Source of the DNA: Octopus bimaculoides
Lineage: Eukaryota
Direction: 5' to 3'
DNA: 57,262 nucleotides
Assembly (NCBI RefSeq): GCF_001194135.2
Contig: NC_068990.1
Span: 92,533,474-92,590,735 of the forward strand
The position numbers and the translations under genes are program-made. Numbering within the stretch: position 1 is the stretch's first letter; each line of letters opens with the position of its first letter. Below are positions 37,100-49,965 of the stretch, piece after piece. Below the pieces are notes generated by a model. The model made no database searches, was not told the origin of the DNA, and worked only from the letters and a program-made list of their open reading frames with translations.

Positions 37100-39300
37100 T
37101 CAAACAAGATACCAAGAATGCATTATAAATGCAACTTGGGCTGTTTGATTTAAGGTTTTAGTAGCAATGTTTTTTAAGCTGTGTCTCCATGAGCAGTTGT
37201 CCATGGGGACAGAGGGAAATGCAGTGAATGGGGAACATGGGTGGAGGTATGGGCAATACAATGATAAACAAATACCCAGCACGAAATGTAACCAAGATCT
37301 TTCTGATTTTGAAAGTAATGACATCAAATGTAAAAGTGACCAAAGTAATCAAGAATAAGATGAATATTTTGCAAAAACTAAACAGTTTATTCAACAACAA
37401 AAAATTATTAGAATTAAGATAATGTCATCCAATTAAAAGTTAAACTAATTACAGTAATAAGCACACAGCTAAAAGCCTCTTGTTCAGCTACTCCCCTCCT
37501 ACACTGAAGAAGAATTCACTCCAGCAGATATCTACACAAACAAAACAACCCCCTTCTACCCATATCTCAATTATAACACCAATACCCAAGATCACTAAGC
37601 AATTAGATAACATTATCAAACTACTGGAAAGATATGGAATACAGTCATCTGAAGAATTCTCAGAGGTTTTAGAAGGCAACACAGTAGACAACTCCTCCAT
37701 TCTAGATTTATAAAGTCTGTTTACTAGCATTCCAGTGATAGAAACAATGGGAATCATATTAAGTGTATTCAAACATCCATGTATAAGAACAACCCATGAT
37801 GCTCACAAGCTATTAAGGTACTTATACAAGTTAGGTATTCTTTCAATGCCTGCAAGACAAATTATATGAGCAAAAAAGATGTTGTAGCCATAGGGTCTCC
37901 ATTCAATCACGTGTTTGTGGCATTCTTTGTGACAACAATTAAAAACAGTGTTACCATGGCAGAAATGTATAATATATACGAGGCATCTGTATACTCGTAG
38001 TGAACACACCAGTAGACATTGAAAGATTAAGCGATGACCTAGAAAACAACTGTACTAAAATTCAACATTCAGAATAATGTAAATAAAACTCTAGTAATAC
38101 AATGACTCTATTTCAGGACTTAATCTTTCAGGTAGAAGATAAGATACATCACGTCCATTTGCACCAAAGACAAATAAAGGCATATATTTTGCCTAGTGAT
38201 GGTGAATGTCCACACAAATAGAAAATGTCAGTGGTAAAATCCCTACTTTAAAAGCATTTAGGTTCTCTTCCACAAACAAAGCACTAAATAAAGAAAGCCA
38301 CAAAATAAAGCAAATACATATTAACTACTGGTCTTCCAAGAAACATTAATTTGATTGAACACTCTTTGTTAATTTGACCAAGTTATAAAACATTACCATT
38401 GTTGTAACATCTACTTTTCCATGCTTGCATGGGTCAGGCAAGAATGCATTAGAACAAAGTTTGTATGACTGGAAGCCCTCTGTTTCCCCCCCCCCCCATT
38501 GCTTNNNNNNNNNNTTCCCCCCCCCCCCATTGCTTCCAAATGGAGTAATAATCTCCCAGTCTATTTGTCAATCCAGACATGTTTTTATGTGGAGAACAGG
38601 AAACAAAGGATGCTTGATGATCGAGCCCTTTGTTTGCGATGATTGTGCAACATGTCAAGACATAAGAACCCTGCACATGCTTTTGTCTTGGACTGCAAGC
38701 AAATGACACTGTCAGGAAGCCATTGTCTATGAACCAGCAAAGGTGAGGGAAATATGAACATGCACAAACACATGTGCACAGACACACAAACTGTATGCAA
38801 TACAGAAAGACAACGCAGATGCAAATATACACTTATGCTAAACATATGCAATGCAACAGATGCTGCGTTTCTTTAAAAATACATGAACTACATATAAAAT
38901 ATACGGTTCAAATATATATGAACAATCGAATAGAACATGAAAAACCTAATAAAACAACATAGAATGTATTACATCAAGTTATCTTCAATAATGCATTACG
39001 AAAAAGAAACAAAACTCCTCCAAAATTAAGAACCTTCTTATCAATAACCAACACAAGCATGTAAAACTGTGAATAATGACCAACATGGTTTATAAATTCA
39101 GTTGCAAACATGAAAGTTATAAACTTTATGATTTCAACTTGGCTATGGGCATAGAACACTGTCACCAGCAGCTCACCATTGACTTATGATGAGGAACAAT
39201 TGTGAGGTACTAACCACAATATAGAACAAAACTAGACAGGGAAACCTAAGTGGGTAACACATCCATACTCTACAGAATTTTCTGCAAAAAAGACAAATGT
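37100..39300 (+). mobile_element. Degenerate near-full-length Penelope-like element (RT, thumb, GIY-YIG), interrupted by a SINE at ~38405-38720
   Basis: Motifs in order: SNDIKCKSDQSN; LDL*SLFTSIPVIETMGII; YEQK-DVVAIGSPF; MSVVKSLL-KAFRFSSTNKALNKESHKIKQI; TNMVYKFSC. Confidence 0.8.
38405..38720 (-). mobile_element. SINE family C 3' half, antisense, inside the PLE
   Basis: ACATCTACTTTTCCATGCTTGCATGGGTCAG... reverse tail. Confidence 0.75.
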
Positions 39301-39344
39301 TGGAAACAATATTTATTCCATAGCACAATGCTAAAATATATACA

Positions 39345-39830
39345 CATAAGAAACACAGCTGTAACCGACACCAGTGTCACATAACCAGCCCACTCAAAAG
39401 TACCTTGGATCATAGGGCGACATGCTGTGCTTGAGGAGACCTATTGAGTCAAGTACATCAACAGCAATATCAAAATCAAATCAGATGGAAATTGTAGTTG
39501 CAACCCCCGTGCCAGTAGCACATAAAAAGCACCATCCGAACATGGTCGATGCCAGTGCCGCCTTGACTGGCTTCCGTGCTGGTGGCACGTAAAAAGCACC
39601 ATCTGATTGTTGTCGATGCCAGCTCCTCTGGCCCCTGTGCTGGTGGCATGTAAAAAACACTCACTACACTCTCGGAGTGGTTGGCGTTAGGAAGGGCATC
39701 CAGCTGTAGAAACACTGCCAGATCAGACTGGGGCCTGGTGCAGCCTCCTGGCTTCCCAGACCCTAGTCAAACCGTCCAACCCATGCCAGCATGGGAAACG
39801 GACATTAAACGATGATGATGATGATGATAT
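39345..39830 (+). mobile_element. Family A-related LINE 3' UTR and tail
   Basis: Three subrepeats with GGCAC(A/G)TAAAAAGCACC and the full tail with (GAT)n. Confidence 0.86.
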
Positions 39831-39964
39831 AATCTGGTGACAAACACAATTAAACATCTAATTGATGATATATAAATCTGACAGTCAAAATTCAGATTCT
39901 CTCAACTTGCCAACTTAGTTGAGTAATAATAATAATAATAATAATAAAAGAAATAAAAAAGATC

Positions 39965-40290
39965 CTCTGTGTGTGTTTCTTATTGGCATAATGACTATCC
40001 CAAGATAGAATGAAAACAGCCTACATCTCCTTGTGTAAGTAAACTGTCAATCTTTTCAGATAAATAGTTGTGGATCTCTCCGGTCATATCAGTTACAAAT
40101 ATGTTGATGAACACGTTCCTTAATTGCTATGTTTATAATTGAACAGCTACCTTTCCGTAACTTTTTAGTATAGTTATTTGGTATTTCTATGTCTATAATT
40201 AGAAGACAATTGTTGCTTTTGTCACAGGTGTCAATGATGTCTGGCTTATTATTTTAACTGTATGATTCACTACACAAAACAAGTGCAGCT
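39965..40290 (-). mobile_element. R4/Dong-like LINE restriction-like endonuclease remnant
   Basis: Minus strand NKPDIIDTCDKSNNCLLIIDIEIP...MTGEI fits the PD..D RLE pattern. Confidence 0.55.
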
Positions 40291-40444
40291 CCATGTGTCC
40301 TAGCTGTGTTGTTTCTCTCTTGTATTGGCAGTACTCTATATAATACAATGCCTTGTAGTGCTATTTTGTGTCCCTATCACATATATACATATATATGTTC
40401 GTGTGTGTGTGTATAATTAATTGTTAATTGACAAGTTTCATATA

Positions 40445-40710
40445 TATCACTGTATTGACCAAACTTTTGGATATTGTTATACACTGCTGATCACAATGCA
40501 CTTCTTTGCACTGTTGTAGCTTTTGAATGATGCCACCCTGCTGGTTTAGTGAGTAGAATGGCAGTCCATTTCAGAGTCTCTAATTTATAGCTGAGTGAAC
40601 TGGAACAATGTGAAATGAAGTGTTTTGCTCAAGAACACAATGTAATGCCAGTCTGGGAATCAAACCTACATCTACAAGATCACAAGTGCAACACTCTAAC
40701 CACTAAGCCT
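40445..40710 (-). mobile_element. tRNA-derived SINE, fourth family (CORE/V-like body)
   Basis: Minus strand GGCTTAGTGGTTAGAGTG...GGTTTGATTCCC...GTGTTCTTGAGCAAAACACTTCATTTCAC. Confidence 0.72.
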
Positions 40711-41657
40711 TACACTTTTGAGGGTGCGTCATGGCACACCTTCACTATCTTCTCTCTCTGTCTTCTATTGAGGTGGACATGTATCTCCTCTACAGCCTTG
40801 GTCAATCTAGGTCAGGATGGTCTGGATGAGGGTGTATGTTGTTAGACCCAAAACAACAGGTGACTCCCAAGATACAACACTGATGATGTGTCCAAACATT
40901 GCATCTGTAAATGTCTGTTGAACAAGTGTTATATTCTTATTTTCTCAAATTCTTTAAAATCATTAGAAAACTAATTTACTTCATTTTTTTTATTATGATA
41001 TTGGTTATTAATTTTCCCTCAATAAATCTAATTACATTCTTAGGGCATATTTAATAAAATCTTCTTTAAAATTCATATTACATTTCACCTCATTCAACAT
41101 GGCTTTCGTAATATAAAGAGTGGTTCTTTGCCCTTGGTTTTATTAAACCTTTTTGAACATCAACCTATTCACACCCACTCTTATTAATCTGTTCATCGAA
41201 ATGATAATTTTCAGACTATTTACGTCATATTTCGAAAGTATAAATATATTTACACCTTTGTTCATTTCTTCAGTCGTCATCAGGTGTCCTATTGCTCAAT
41301 ATATACACCACTCACAGGTTGGATTCAAATGAGGAACTTTTGTTTCTAAAAGCAAATTGTAAACATCATTCATAGTCCTTGCTTAGAACAAAGACACCTG
41401 ATGCTGATTGATGCCACATACATATCTAACGATGAGGTAAATAGCCAGGCTAATTCTCGTCTCAGTGAATAACAATTCACCTTACAATGATTAGGATTTA
41501 ATCTGTTTTATATTTAAATTAAAATCCCAAATGAAATCTTATTGTTGAAAATTTTAATCCAAATTTGAATTAAACTGATTAAAAAAATTCTTTTTTTAAT
41601 TAATAGTCACTGGGTTTTGGGATTTGGCTGTTCCTCATTCCTACTAATAATTGATTA

Positions 41658-41892
41658 TATATATTTCTTTATTGCCCACAGAGGGGGCTAAACCGAGAAG
41701 GGACAAACAAGGACAGACAAAGGGATTCAGTCGATTACATCGACCCCAGTGTTTAACTGGTACTTATTTAATCGACCCTGAAAGGACGAAAGGTAAAGTT
41801 GACCTCAGCAGAATTTGAACTCAGAATGTAACGGCAGATGAAATACTGCTAAGCATTTCGCCCAGCGTGCTAACGTTTCTGCCAGCTCACCT
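41658..41892 (-). mobile_element. SINE family B, full length, antisense, alternative tail
   Basis: Reverse head TGCTAACGTTTCTGCCAGCTC, B box GAATTTGAACTCAG, core ATCGACCCTGAAAGGACGAAAGG. Confidence 0.88.
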
Positions 41893-42039
41893 CCCTACTG
41901 ATTGATTATATTGATACTGTTACATATAAGATTAATAATTCTTTCAGCTTTACTGTAATATGCCACAGAATATTCTACATGAAACGCATATATTTTTGCT
42001 CTAATTCTAGTTAATGCCTTGTGGTGTGACTGTCATCAA

Positions 42040-42250
42040 CATCATCATTTAACATCCATTGTCCCTGCTGACATGGGTTGGACGGTTTGACCAGGGCTGG
42101 CAAGCTAGAAGACTGCACCAGACTCCAGTCTGATTTAGCATGGTCTTTTTATGGCTGGATGCCCTTCCTAACATGCCAACCACTCCGAGAGTGTAATGGG
42201 TGCTTTTACATGCCACCAGCACAAGTGCCATTTGTGTGACACCAGTATCT
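42040..42250 (-). mobile_element. Family A LINE tail, antisense
   Basis: CATCATCATTTAACATCC...ATGGGTTGGACGGTTTGAC...CTGGATGCCCTTCCTAAC. Confidence 0.85.
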
Positions 42251-43559
42251 GCTATGACTGTGATTTTACTTGACTTGACGGGTCTTCTTCTTAAGCACCA
42301 CAAAATGCCAAACTTCTCAGTCATTCGTCATTCCTCCATGAGGCTTAATACTTGAAAGGCATCCATGAACCATGTAGCCAATTCCTCCACTAGCATTCTT
42401 TCTCAACTTAATCAAATTCATAAGTGAGTTTCTAACATTGTTGGTCTTGTTTTGGCAGCTAAATTTCAAAACCTCTCTCATCACTGCCAGGACATTGTTC
42501 CTTTATCTCTATTCTATAAATACTTCCATGACGGTTGTTCTGCCAAACTTTTTTCTCTTGTTCTTCCACTTGATGTTATTTAGTCAAATGATTCATCTTT
42601 CCATTAACTCTCATCTTTTTGCTCTTCTTGTCCCTTCTTGTAAGAAGTATATCTGCTCTTGTGGTTTCTTTCCTTAAACGTCTCTCTAATGAAATTCTTA
42701 TTTTTGGTTTCCAAATAGAAAGATATCTTAATTCTTTATAATTTTCTGTAAATTTTTCTTTCATCTGTCTTTAGGACTTCAAAAGTTAAATCTTCCTTCT
42801 CTAATATGGTTTATTGATTTATTAAACTTTTTTTTATGGGGTTGTTTGTTTATTGTTGCCAACTTGCCACTTTATTGAGAGTAACTTCCATTTAATGAAA
42901 AATAAAAAAAAGTTCCCAATCCAAGAACAGGTACATCCAACAAGCAGCCATATATTTCGCCTCCCTACTCAATTTTACTCACATGGCTACAGTCAAGCCA
43001 TAGCTATGACAGACATAATGTTTGCTCCGTGCCTCACAGTGGAATCAAACTTGGAGCCATATGATTGTCCAGTCAGACTTCTTAACTACATGACTCTGCC
43101 TACTCCCAGTTTGTAATATGGTCAATGACATTCTAAACCATTAATAAATTAAATGGAGTTGAGGAAATTTTTTTTTTTTTTTGCTCAGATTAAACAGCAA
43201 CACAGATGTTCCCTCATAACCTTAATTTGTTCAAGGATTAAATAGCTGCAATTTATTTTCCTCAATTTATAGTCTTGAATATCAAGTAGCTTGTAACTAA
43301 CGCCATGTTGGAATACTAAATGTAGCATTATCCCCCTCCTCCCCCCACACACATGCATTTTTGGTTTGTTTTAGCCTATGCTGGAGCATCACCTACAATA
43401 ATGCAATCTGTGTTTTTTTGTGTGCATGATCTCCTCTGTATATCTTCAGGTTGATCAATTTTGTTGTTTCTTTATTTTTTTACATTACTAATTCAGGGGT
43501 CAGTGAATTGGTGGGAGTTATTTTACCCTGCTTCTAACATTTAAGGGCTGAGTCATTGT

Positions 43560-44260
43560 GAGAGATCAGGCTTGAACTTTGGTGTAGTGGGTCACATGAT
43601 GTTCACAAAGTGTTCAAAGCCTTTTGAACACTTTGTGAATATCATGTGGCAGTGTTCAAAGCCTTTTCACAGCCTCTTTGACCAGGGAAGTGCTAACAAT
43701 GCCCGGTTGTCATTGGCAACGTTACATGCTTTAAGGTGAGATTTTGAGACATTTTCAAACATCTTACACTGATCCCTTGGATTGTAATCCATTGGTTAAT
43801 GCTCCATAAAAGAAATTTCAGTACTTGGCTTTTCTCCATTCAAACAGTATGTTGTGCCCAGCTGGTCTTTGATAAGGAAATCTTCAGGGCCTTCAATCTC
43901 ACACCATTCAAGTGCAGTCGTATTAGATACCTTACCCTTCTTTGAGGCACTGCAGATATTCCAGAGGAATCTTACGTGGAACTTGTCGGGGTCTTTTTCA
44001 TATGTTGATGGAGCCATGTCTAGGTCTCACTGTTATGTAAAAGTCTGGTTCGAACAACTATTTGATGATATAAAGCAAACTTCATTCTGTGGTGGTCCAG
44101 GATCAGATGGGCATCTGTAGTGCAGGCCACTGAAGACACTGCTTGCTTTCCCTATGCATGTTGTGGATATTGTGAGAGCAAGCCCTCCAAATAGTAGAAC
44201 TTCTGTACAGTCTTTAATTGGTCTTGGTCTGAAAACACTGGGAAAATATTCATCTAGGCA
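43560..44260 (-). mobile_element. RTE-clade (BovB-like) LINE RT C-terminal remnant
   Basis: Minus strand, frameshifted: FYYL.G...ASSVFSGL...LLHNSET...FHVRFLWNI...VSNTTALE...LIKDQL. Confidence 0.75.
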
Positions 44261-44268
44261 TCCTGTAA

Positions 44269-44489
44269 CCCTTTAGCATTTAAACCAGCCATATCCAGGG
44301 ACCAAATATTCTGCTTGTTTTATGTTGAAATTGGCCAAATCCAGCTTCTCACACCTACCCTACAATGTCATTCTAAAAATAAACAATCACATCATTAAAA
44401 TCTCAAAGCTACAAGATTATGCATGATTAATTCAAACCAATGTGAATAAAAAACATCACATTTGACAGAAAAATCTTTATGCTAAAGGA
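44269..44489. mobile_element. piggyBac-like (TTAA-CCCT) MITE
   Basis: GTAA|CCCTTTAGCAT...ATGCTAAAGGA|TTGA. Same family as 36028-36248. Confidence 0.7.
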
Positions 44490-44702
44490 TTGAATGCCCC
44501 TGAGAAAAGTTTGTTAGCTTCTTGGTCTTTGGTTATTTTTAGATAAATATCAATATTGTTAAATGTAGATATGGTTATTTTATTATTAAATATCAATATT
44601 CACAGTATTTTAATGTAATCATAGCAACATTTTACAATATTGTTATCAGCAATATTGCATCCATATTGACATTTTAACAATATTTTCATCTAATATAAAC
44701 AA

Positions 44703-44835
44703 TTATTACTTCTGCCTTAGCGAAGGCAGAAGTATTGTTTTCAGTGATGTTCGTTTGTTTGTCCATGGACAAAATATCTCAAGAACCACTGAATAGATTC
44801 AGATGAAACTTTCAGGGTTGTTTGGCCTCATGACT
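44703..44835 (+). mobile_element. Helentron/HINE-like non-autonomous element 5' end
   Basis: TTAT-TACTTCTGCCTT-AGCG-AAGGCAGAAGTA hairpin, then GTTTGTTTGTC..ATATCTCAAGAACCACTGAATAGATTC..ATGAAACTT, resembling HINE starts as I recall them. Confidence 0.55.
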
Positions 44836-45029
44836 GTTTTTGTATGTTATGTAGTCTGTCTTTGAGGCTACTATCTTTTAATTGGTCATTGTAATAAGGA
44901 ACAGAGTGATTAAAGGTTCCTCATAGGAGGATGTACTAAATTTGTGCTCAACATTATTTATTGAATATTTCTTCTGTCACCTCTGTTTGTGAACACAGTC
45001 ACAAACGACAAACCAACCTTTAAATGTAT

Positions 45030-45410
45030 TTATCATTCATTCATTTTCGTCCTTTTCATGTTAGCATGTGTTAGATGAATATATTATTGATGCATTGCTT
45101 TATAGCCAGATGCCTTTCCTATCACTAATCCTTACCTGTTTTTCATGCTGGGGATTTCTTACTTCACACATCTTAGAAGGCTCAGAGCAAATGGACAATT
45201 TGTTGACTGAGGAAGTGACAACAACACTGCTTGTAACAAGCAAGAATATAAAAAAAAAACACACACACACACAGTGGACTTCTTTCAGCTTCCATCTCCA
45301 CATTCACTCACAAGGTTTAAGTTGTTCTCATGCTATGAAGACATTTAGCCAAGGGATTGAACCTAAAATCATGTGGTTAGGAAGCAAACTTCTCAACTGC
45401 ACAACCTATA
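45030..45410 (-). mobile_element. SINE family C, antisense
   Basis: Reverse tail and reverse head GGTTAGGAAGCAAACTTCTCAAC. Confidence 0.75.
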
Positions 45411-45427
45411 TCTGATATATATATATC

Positions 45428-45585
45428 AGGCGTTAGGAAGGGCATCCAGCTGTAGAAACTCTGCCAAATCAGACTGGAGCCTGGTGTTGCCATCCGGTTT
45501 CACCAGTCCTCAGTCAAATCGTCCAACCCATGCTAGCATGGAAAGCGGACGTTAAACGATGATGATGATGATGATGATGATCACC
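45428..45585 (+). mobile_element. Family A LINE tail, young copy
   Basis: GGCGTTAGGAAGGGCATCCAGCTGTAGAAACTCTGCC...CCCATGCTAGCATGGAAAGCGGACGTTAAAC(GAT)n with CpGs intact. Confidence 0.92.
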
Positions 45586-46553
45586 ACTATGCTAACCTAC
45601 AGGTATATATGACAACTATTATTTTCTTCTATGTAAAGCTGTTGTATTGAGTTACTCTGAGTAAACAATATAAAATGTAGAAATAAGTCTCATCATGTGA
45701 TGAGATCTCCTCAGACTGATAAGAATAAAGAGTAAAACAAAATTCTATTGATTTTTCAAAGACACTTTGTTTGCCTGATTGTACTGATAATATATTTCTG
45801 TGGTGGATTGGTAAACGTTTCATTCTGTGACCATATCAGCAATTTCACTGAACCGAATAGTGTGTGTGTGTGTGTGTAACAGTGCATATGTAGATGGAAG
45901 GGAGGAGAAAAACGACACACACACACAAATTCATAGACTGTGATGACACAATGATGTGTTATTTTGTGATGACAGAATGGATTGTTGGATTGTGATGACA
46001 GAACAAGTTATAGGGTTTTGATGATGGAATGAGCTGTTTGATTGTGGTGAAAGGGAATCCAAAGATGCAGTCTTATTTCTTGTGATTAAATAAAACAAAA
46101 CATTTTGTTAATCCAAGCAGATTAAATACATTTGACAGAGTTTCTGTGGGGTTTTCTTTCTTTAATTTCTAATTACCCTGAAACCAGGCGAGTCTACTGG
46201 TCCTGTCAAATTGCAAGATCAGCGGCTGAATTTCTTTCTTTAATTTAATGTCAAATTAAATTGAAATAGCTTATTTTCTTAGAAATATATTTAATTTGTG
46301 TCTCTCTTAGAAACTTTATTTAAAGTTATAAGCATCCTGAGATTCGACATAGTTGCTCCTTTTTGTACCGTAGCCCTCAGCCTGTCTTTCATGCACCATG
46401 TCAGCTGATAACTTCCACCTAGTATTTATATCATTACACATTCAACAAACTATACTTTCACCTTTTCCCCTCCAACCCCACTGATTTGCCATATTCAATG
46501 TCACGTGTTTCACACCACCATGTAGTGTCACACACCTTATACATACCTTAAAC

Positions 46554-46846
46554 CAGTGCTTCTCAAACTATCTGATGTGGGGTACCGGTAGTTTTTTTTC
46601 CTAATCTGCCAGGGACTGGTAATATTTCTTAGTAATATTAATTTATACCAGAAACAATATATATAATGAATATAATAAAAGTTGACAATTGTTTTTATCT
46701 TATATTTATTTTGTAAACAAATAATACAATTTTACATAAACATTTTATAATGTTTCTTTCTATTCTGGAAGCTTGCTGCATACCGGCAGCTGATGGCTCG
46801 CGGACCGGCACTGGTCCGCAGACCACCACTTTGAGCAGCAGCTCTG
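46554..46846. mobile_element. hAT Charlie/Buster-type MITE with perfect 8-bp TSD
   Basis: CCTTAAAC flanks both sides (46546-46553 and 46847-46854). It starts CAGTGCTTCTCAAACT and has an internal palindrome GCGGACCGGCACTGGTCCGC. Confidence 0.9.
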
Positions 46847-47004
46847 CCTTAAACAACACTGAAGTAATACAAATTGTTACATCTAGGGAACCATGTGAGC
46901 GGTTAATAAACCTTATTTCCTGGTTGCTCCTGCTTCTATTGTTTTTCATAGTGGAAGGAATAGATAAATGTTCATTTGTATGGTGTATATTATTTTAAAA
47001 AATC

Positions 47005-47172
47005 TCAAGTTAATAGGTACAGATGTAGCTTTGTGGTTAAGAAGATTGTTTCCCAACCACATAATTTCAGGTTCAGTCTCACTGTGTGGTACCTTGGGCA
47101 AGTATCTTCTACTTTAGCACCAGGCCAACCAATGGCTTGTGAGTTGATTTTTGTGGATGGAAAGTGAAAGAC
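47005..47172 (+). mobile_element. SINE family C head
   Basis: GTGGTTAAGAAGATTGTTTCCCAACCAC...GGTTCAGTCTCACTG..CCTTGGGCAAGT. Confidence 0.85.
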
Positions 47173-48014
47173 AGCTCAATGCGTTTTCTTTCTCTTTTCA
47201 TGTCCTTACCAAAGCAAAAACGTTGGTGTCTAAGGAAACTCGTGATGGGGTACAGTGCCAAAAATCAAATTTACCAAATGGAATATATTTGTTGCCATAG
47301 AAAGAGGGGACTTGTAAAATTTTATATGGGATTGTTTTACTATTTTGTAAACTTTATTTCTCTAATTTAAATTAAAACTGACAAATTAAGTTTCACAATA
47401 CGGAAATCAAAAACAAAACATTTTATAATTAATGTAGTAATTTTAATTTTTTTAATCCTCACCATTTAATCTTTCAGGTTTGTTTTTTTTTGTTTTTTTT
47501 TTTGTTCGTCAAGCAAGATACTTTAGGTTTGCTGGAGTTTGGTCTGATTTGATGTACATTTGGCTGCTGTTTCTAGCCAGTTGAACTGCCATATGATGGC
47601 TCCCCCTATTCATTTATTTTCTTAACAGCTTAAATATGTATATTACTTCAAGATTTTATTTTGAAAAATTGCATTAATGTAATTTTCTACATTTTTTTCA
47701 TTCTAGGTAAGTGAAACAGAAAAAAACGGATTTTATTTTTACACATGGAAAAGGATATTATGTTTGTTTTTTTCCATTTTAACATTGGAAAACCATTCTG
47801 CCATTATAAGAGAAGTCTACAGGTATCATCTTATGAACAAGGTATTTCTCCTAAATGTGTATTTAGTAATTTGTTATCCATAAAGTGGAGAATTATTTGT
47901 GAGGATTTCTTCTCCATTCTTAAAATAATTTACTTTTAAAAAGATTTATAAACAGAAAAGGTTTAAGAAAATATCTTATTTTGAAATATTAACAGAACAT
48001 AATAATACTAGAAA

Positions 48015-48340
48015 TATATCTCCAGAGATCGGAGTCTCTCCAAGTCGAGCTGCTACTTCTCTGCATTGAAAGGTCACAGCTCTGATACTACAGACTTGTG
48101 GCTAGAATATCACAGGAAAGATTCACAGGAAAGATTCATCAAGCTGAACCAGCTGGCAGGAGACCTAGGGGAAGACTAAGAATAAGATGGTTGGATAACA
48201 TCCGTAGTCTCAGTTGGTCACACTTGAGAATCCAATTGGATAGTATAATGGTTGTTGCTTCTGACTGGACCCTATGGAGGACTCTACTCCAACAATCCAC
48301 CTAGGAATAGCAAGGTGGATGGAGGGATGGAACATTTTGA
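48015..48340 (+). mobile_element. RTE-clade LINE (Rex3/Expander-like) 3' end
   Basis: ELLLLCIERSQL...PAGRRPRGRLRIRWLDNI..LSW..L...VASD..LW matches the Rex3-type C-terminus. Confidence 0.85.
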
Positions 48341-48989
48341 GGTTTCATTTAGTTTTTCCATGATTTTTCTTCTCACATTACCAATCATTCTTAGCTATTA
48401 AGTTCACCTTATTTTCTCATATTTCACCAAATAATATAAACACAATTTGTCAATTTAATCTGTTTAAACAAGGAAAGTACACATTTCCTTCCTGTCATAA
48501 ATCTACTTGGTTGACAAAGTAAAACACAAATTTAGTGATGCTTGAATTCGTGTCTGTGGTCAAAAGTAAACTATTGTATTCCTGTTAAATTTGCTAAAAT
48601 CCTTTCTGTTCTGCTGTCCTTTCATTTTCTGACCCTTTGAGCTCCTCAAGTCATATTTTAATCTGACATATTCTATATATTCTATTTCATTTTTAATAGT
48701 TTAATTTTTAGTTTATTCCCACAAAATCTGTGACGCTAAACTGTGTAGTCATAAGTTCCAACCTGAGCACTGCAGATATTTGTTTTCCTGCTCCTGAACA
48801 AGGGGCATTAATTCTTCTTACCCCAGTCTTACTGACTGATGTGCAGGTTCCACTTCTATTTCCTAAGTCACAGTTGCCTAGGTAACAGTTAGCAGCAGAT
48901 CCATCAGTAAACATCAATACTCCTATAACATGTAAATGCCCAAATCTCTGAAACCCATTTCATAGACATTCAACTGATTATATGATTAA

Positions 48990-49187
48990 CCCTTTTGATA
49001 CCAGTCCACGTGAGACCACCCCTCCTGGTTCTATGACACAAACTTCTTCCTTTAATGTTTATTATTTCATAATAACCTATGTTCCAAATATTAGCTTAAA
49101 AACGATAGTAATTTTATTAATTTCTTCATTACTTTCAAAACTGATTTAAACAAAGTGTATTTTAACAGAAATATGGCAACAAAAAGT
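48990..49187. mobile_element. piggyBac-like (TTAA-CCCT) MITE, second family
   Basis: TTAA|CCCTTTTGATACC left end and a degraded right end GGCAACAAAAAG. Confidence 0.5.
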
Positions 49188-49454
49188 TTGATAAGATAGG
49201 TGAGTGTTGTAAATGTTGTACACCTGACACTATTACAGTATTACGTATGTGATTGACAGAGGCAAATTCACTGCTCTAATAATATTACTTTAGCAGAGAC
49301 GGTAAGGATTTTTATTACTGGCTAATCACTCTAATCACTGAACCAATCTAAATGTCAGAATTTGCACACCTTTGAAACCTTATTAGCATAGGACAGGTTC
49401 ATGGTTTTACTTTTGTTCTACCTCACCACATAATAATAATTATAATAATAACTG

Positions 49455-49965
49455 TAGGAGACTGACTGAGAATTTAGGTTACCTGACCAGATATCAATTG
49501 TGAAAAATCATGCTGAAAAGATTTTTGATGGATGTTGCAGCCCCAGCACATCTCTGAAAATGTTTAAGAAATTGAGCAAATACAAGGACTTGGAAATAAA
49601 AATCAGAAGAATGTGGCATCACAAAGCAACAACATTAAGTATTGTTATTGGAGCACTTGGAATGATACCAAAAGGAGCAAACAAATATGTTGACCAAATT
49701 CCTGGCTGCTCCAAAATAATTGCAAAAGATCATACTTGTGGATCCATCGCATATTTTACATAAATTCCTCTCCATATAAATGCAATCTTACTCATTTAGC
49801 ATTTTAAATTTTATGAAGAATTTCTTTTAACACATGCATCAGTTTCTCTATCGCATGGTACCTTACCTGTTTGCATCTTTAGGTGCAAGACTTGTCTTTG
49901 ATGTCTTCAGTTGAGACTTGGGTGCAACTTGTATAAATTAAAGTAAAGGCAAAACAACAACTACA
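49455..49965 (+). mobile_element. R4/Dong-like LINE 3' end (RLE domain plus 3' UTR)
   Basis: KLSKYKDLEIKIRRMW..KATTLSIVIGALGMIPKG..KYVDQIPG, with a PD-type motif just upstream. Confidence 0.85.

Noticed and set aside
39855-39925. TTGATGA plus 7-bp stem AATCTGA/TCAGATT downstream of the 37-39 kb PLE
   Set aside because: No GAAA or NUH in the right places, so too degenerate to call a hammerhead.
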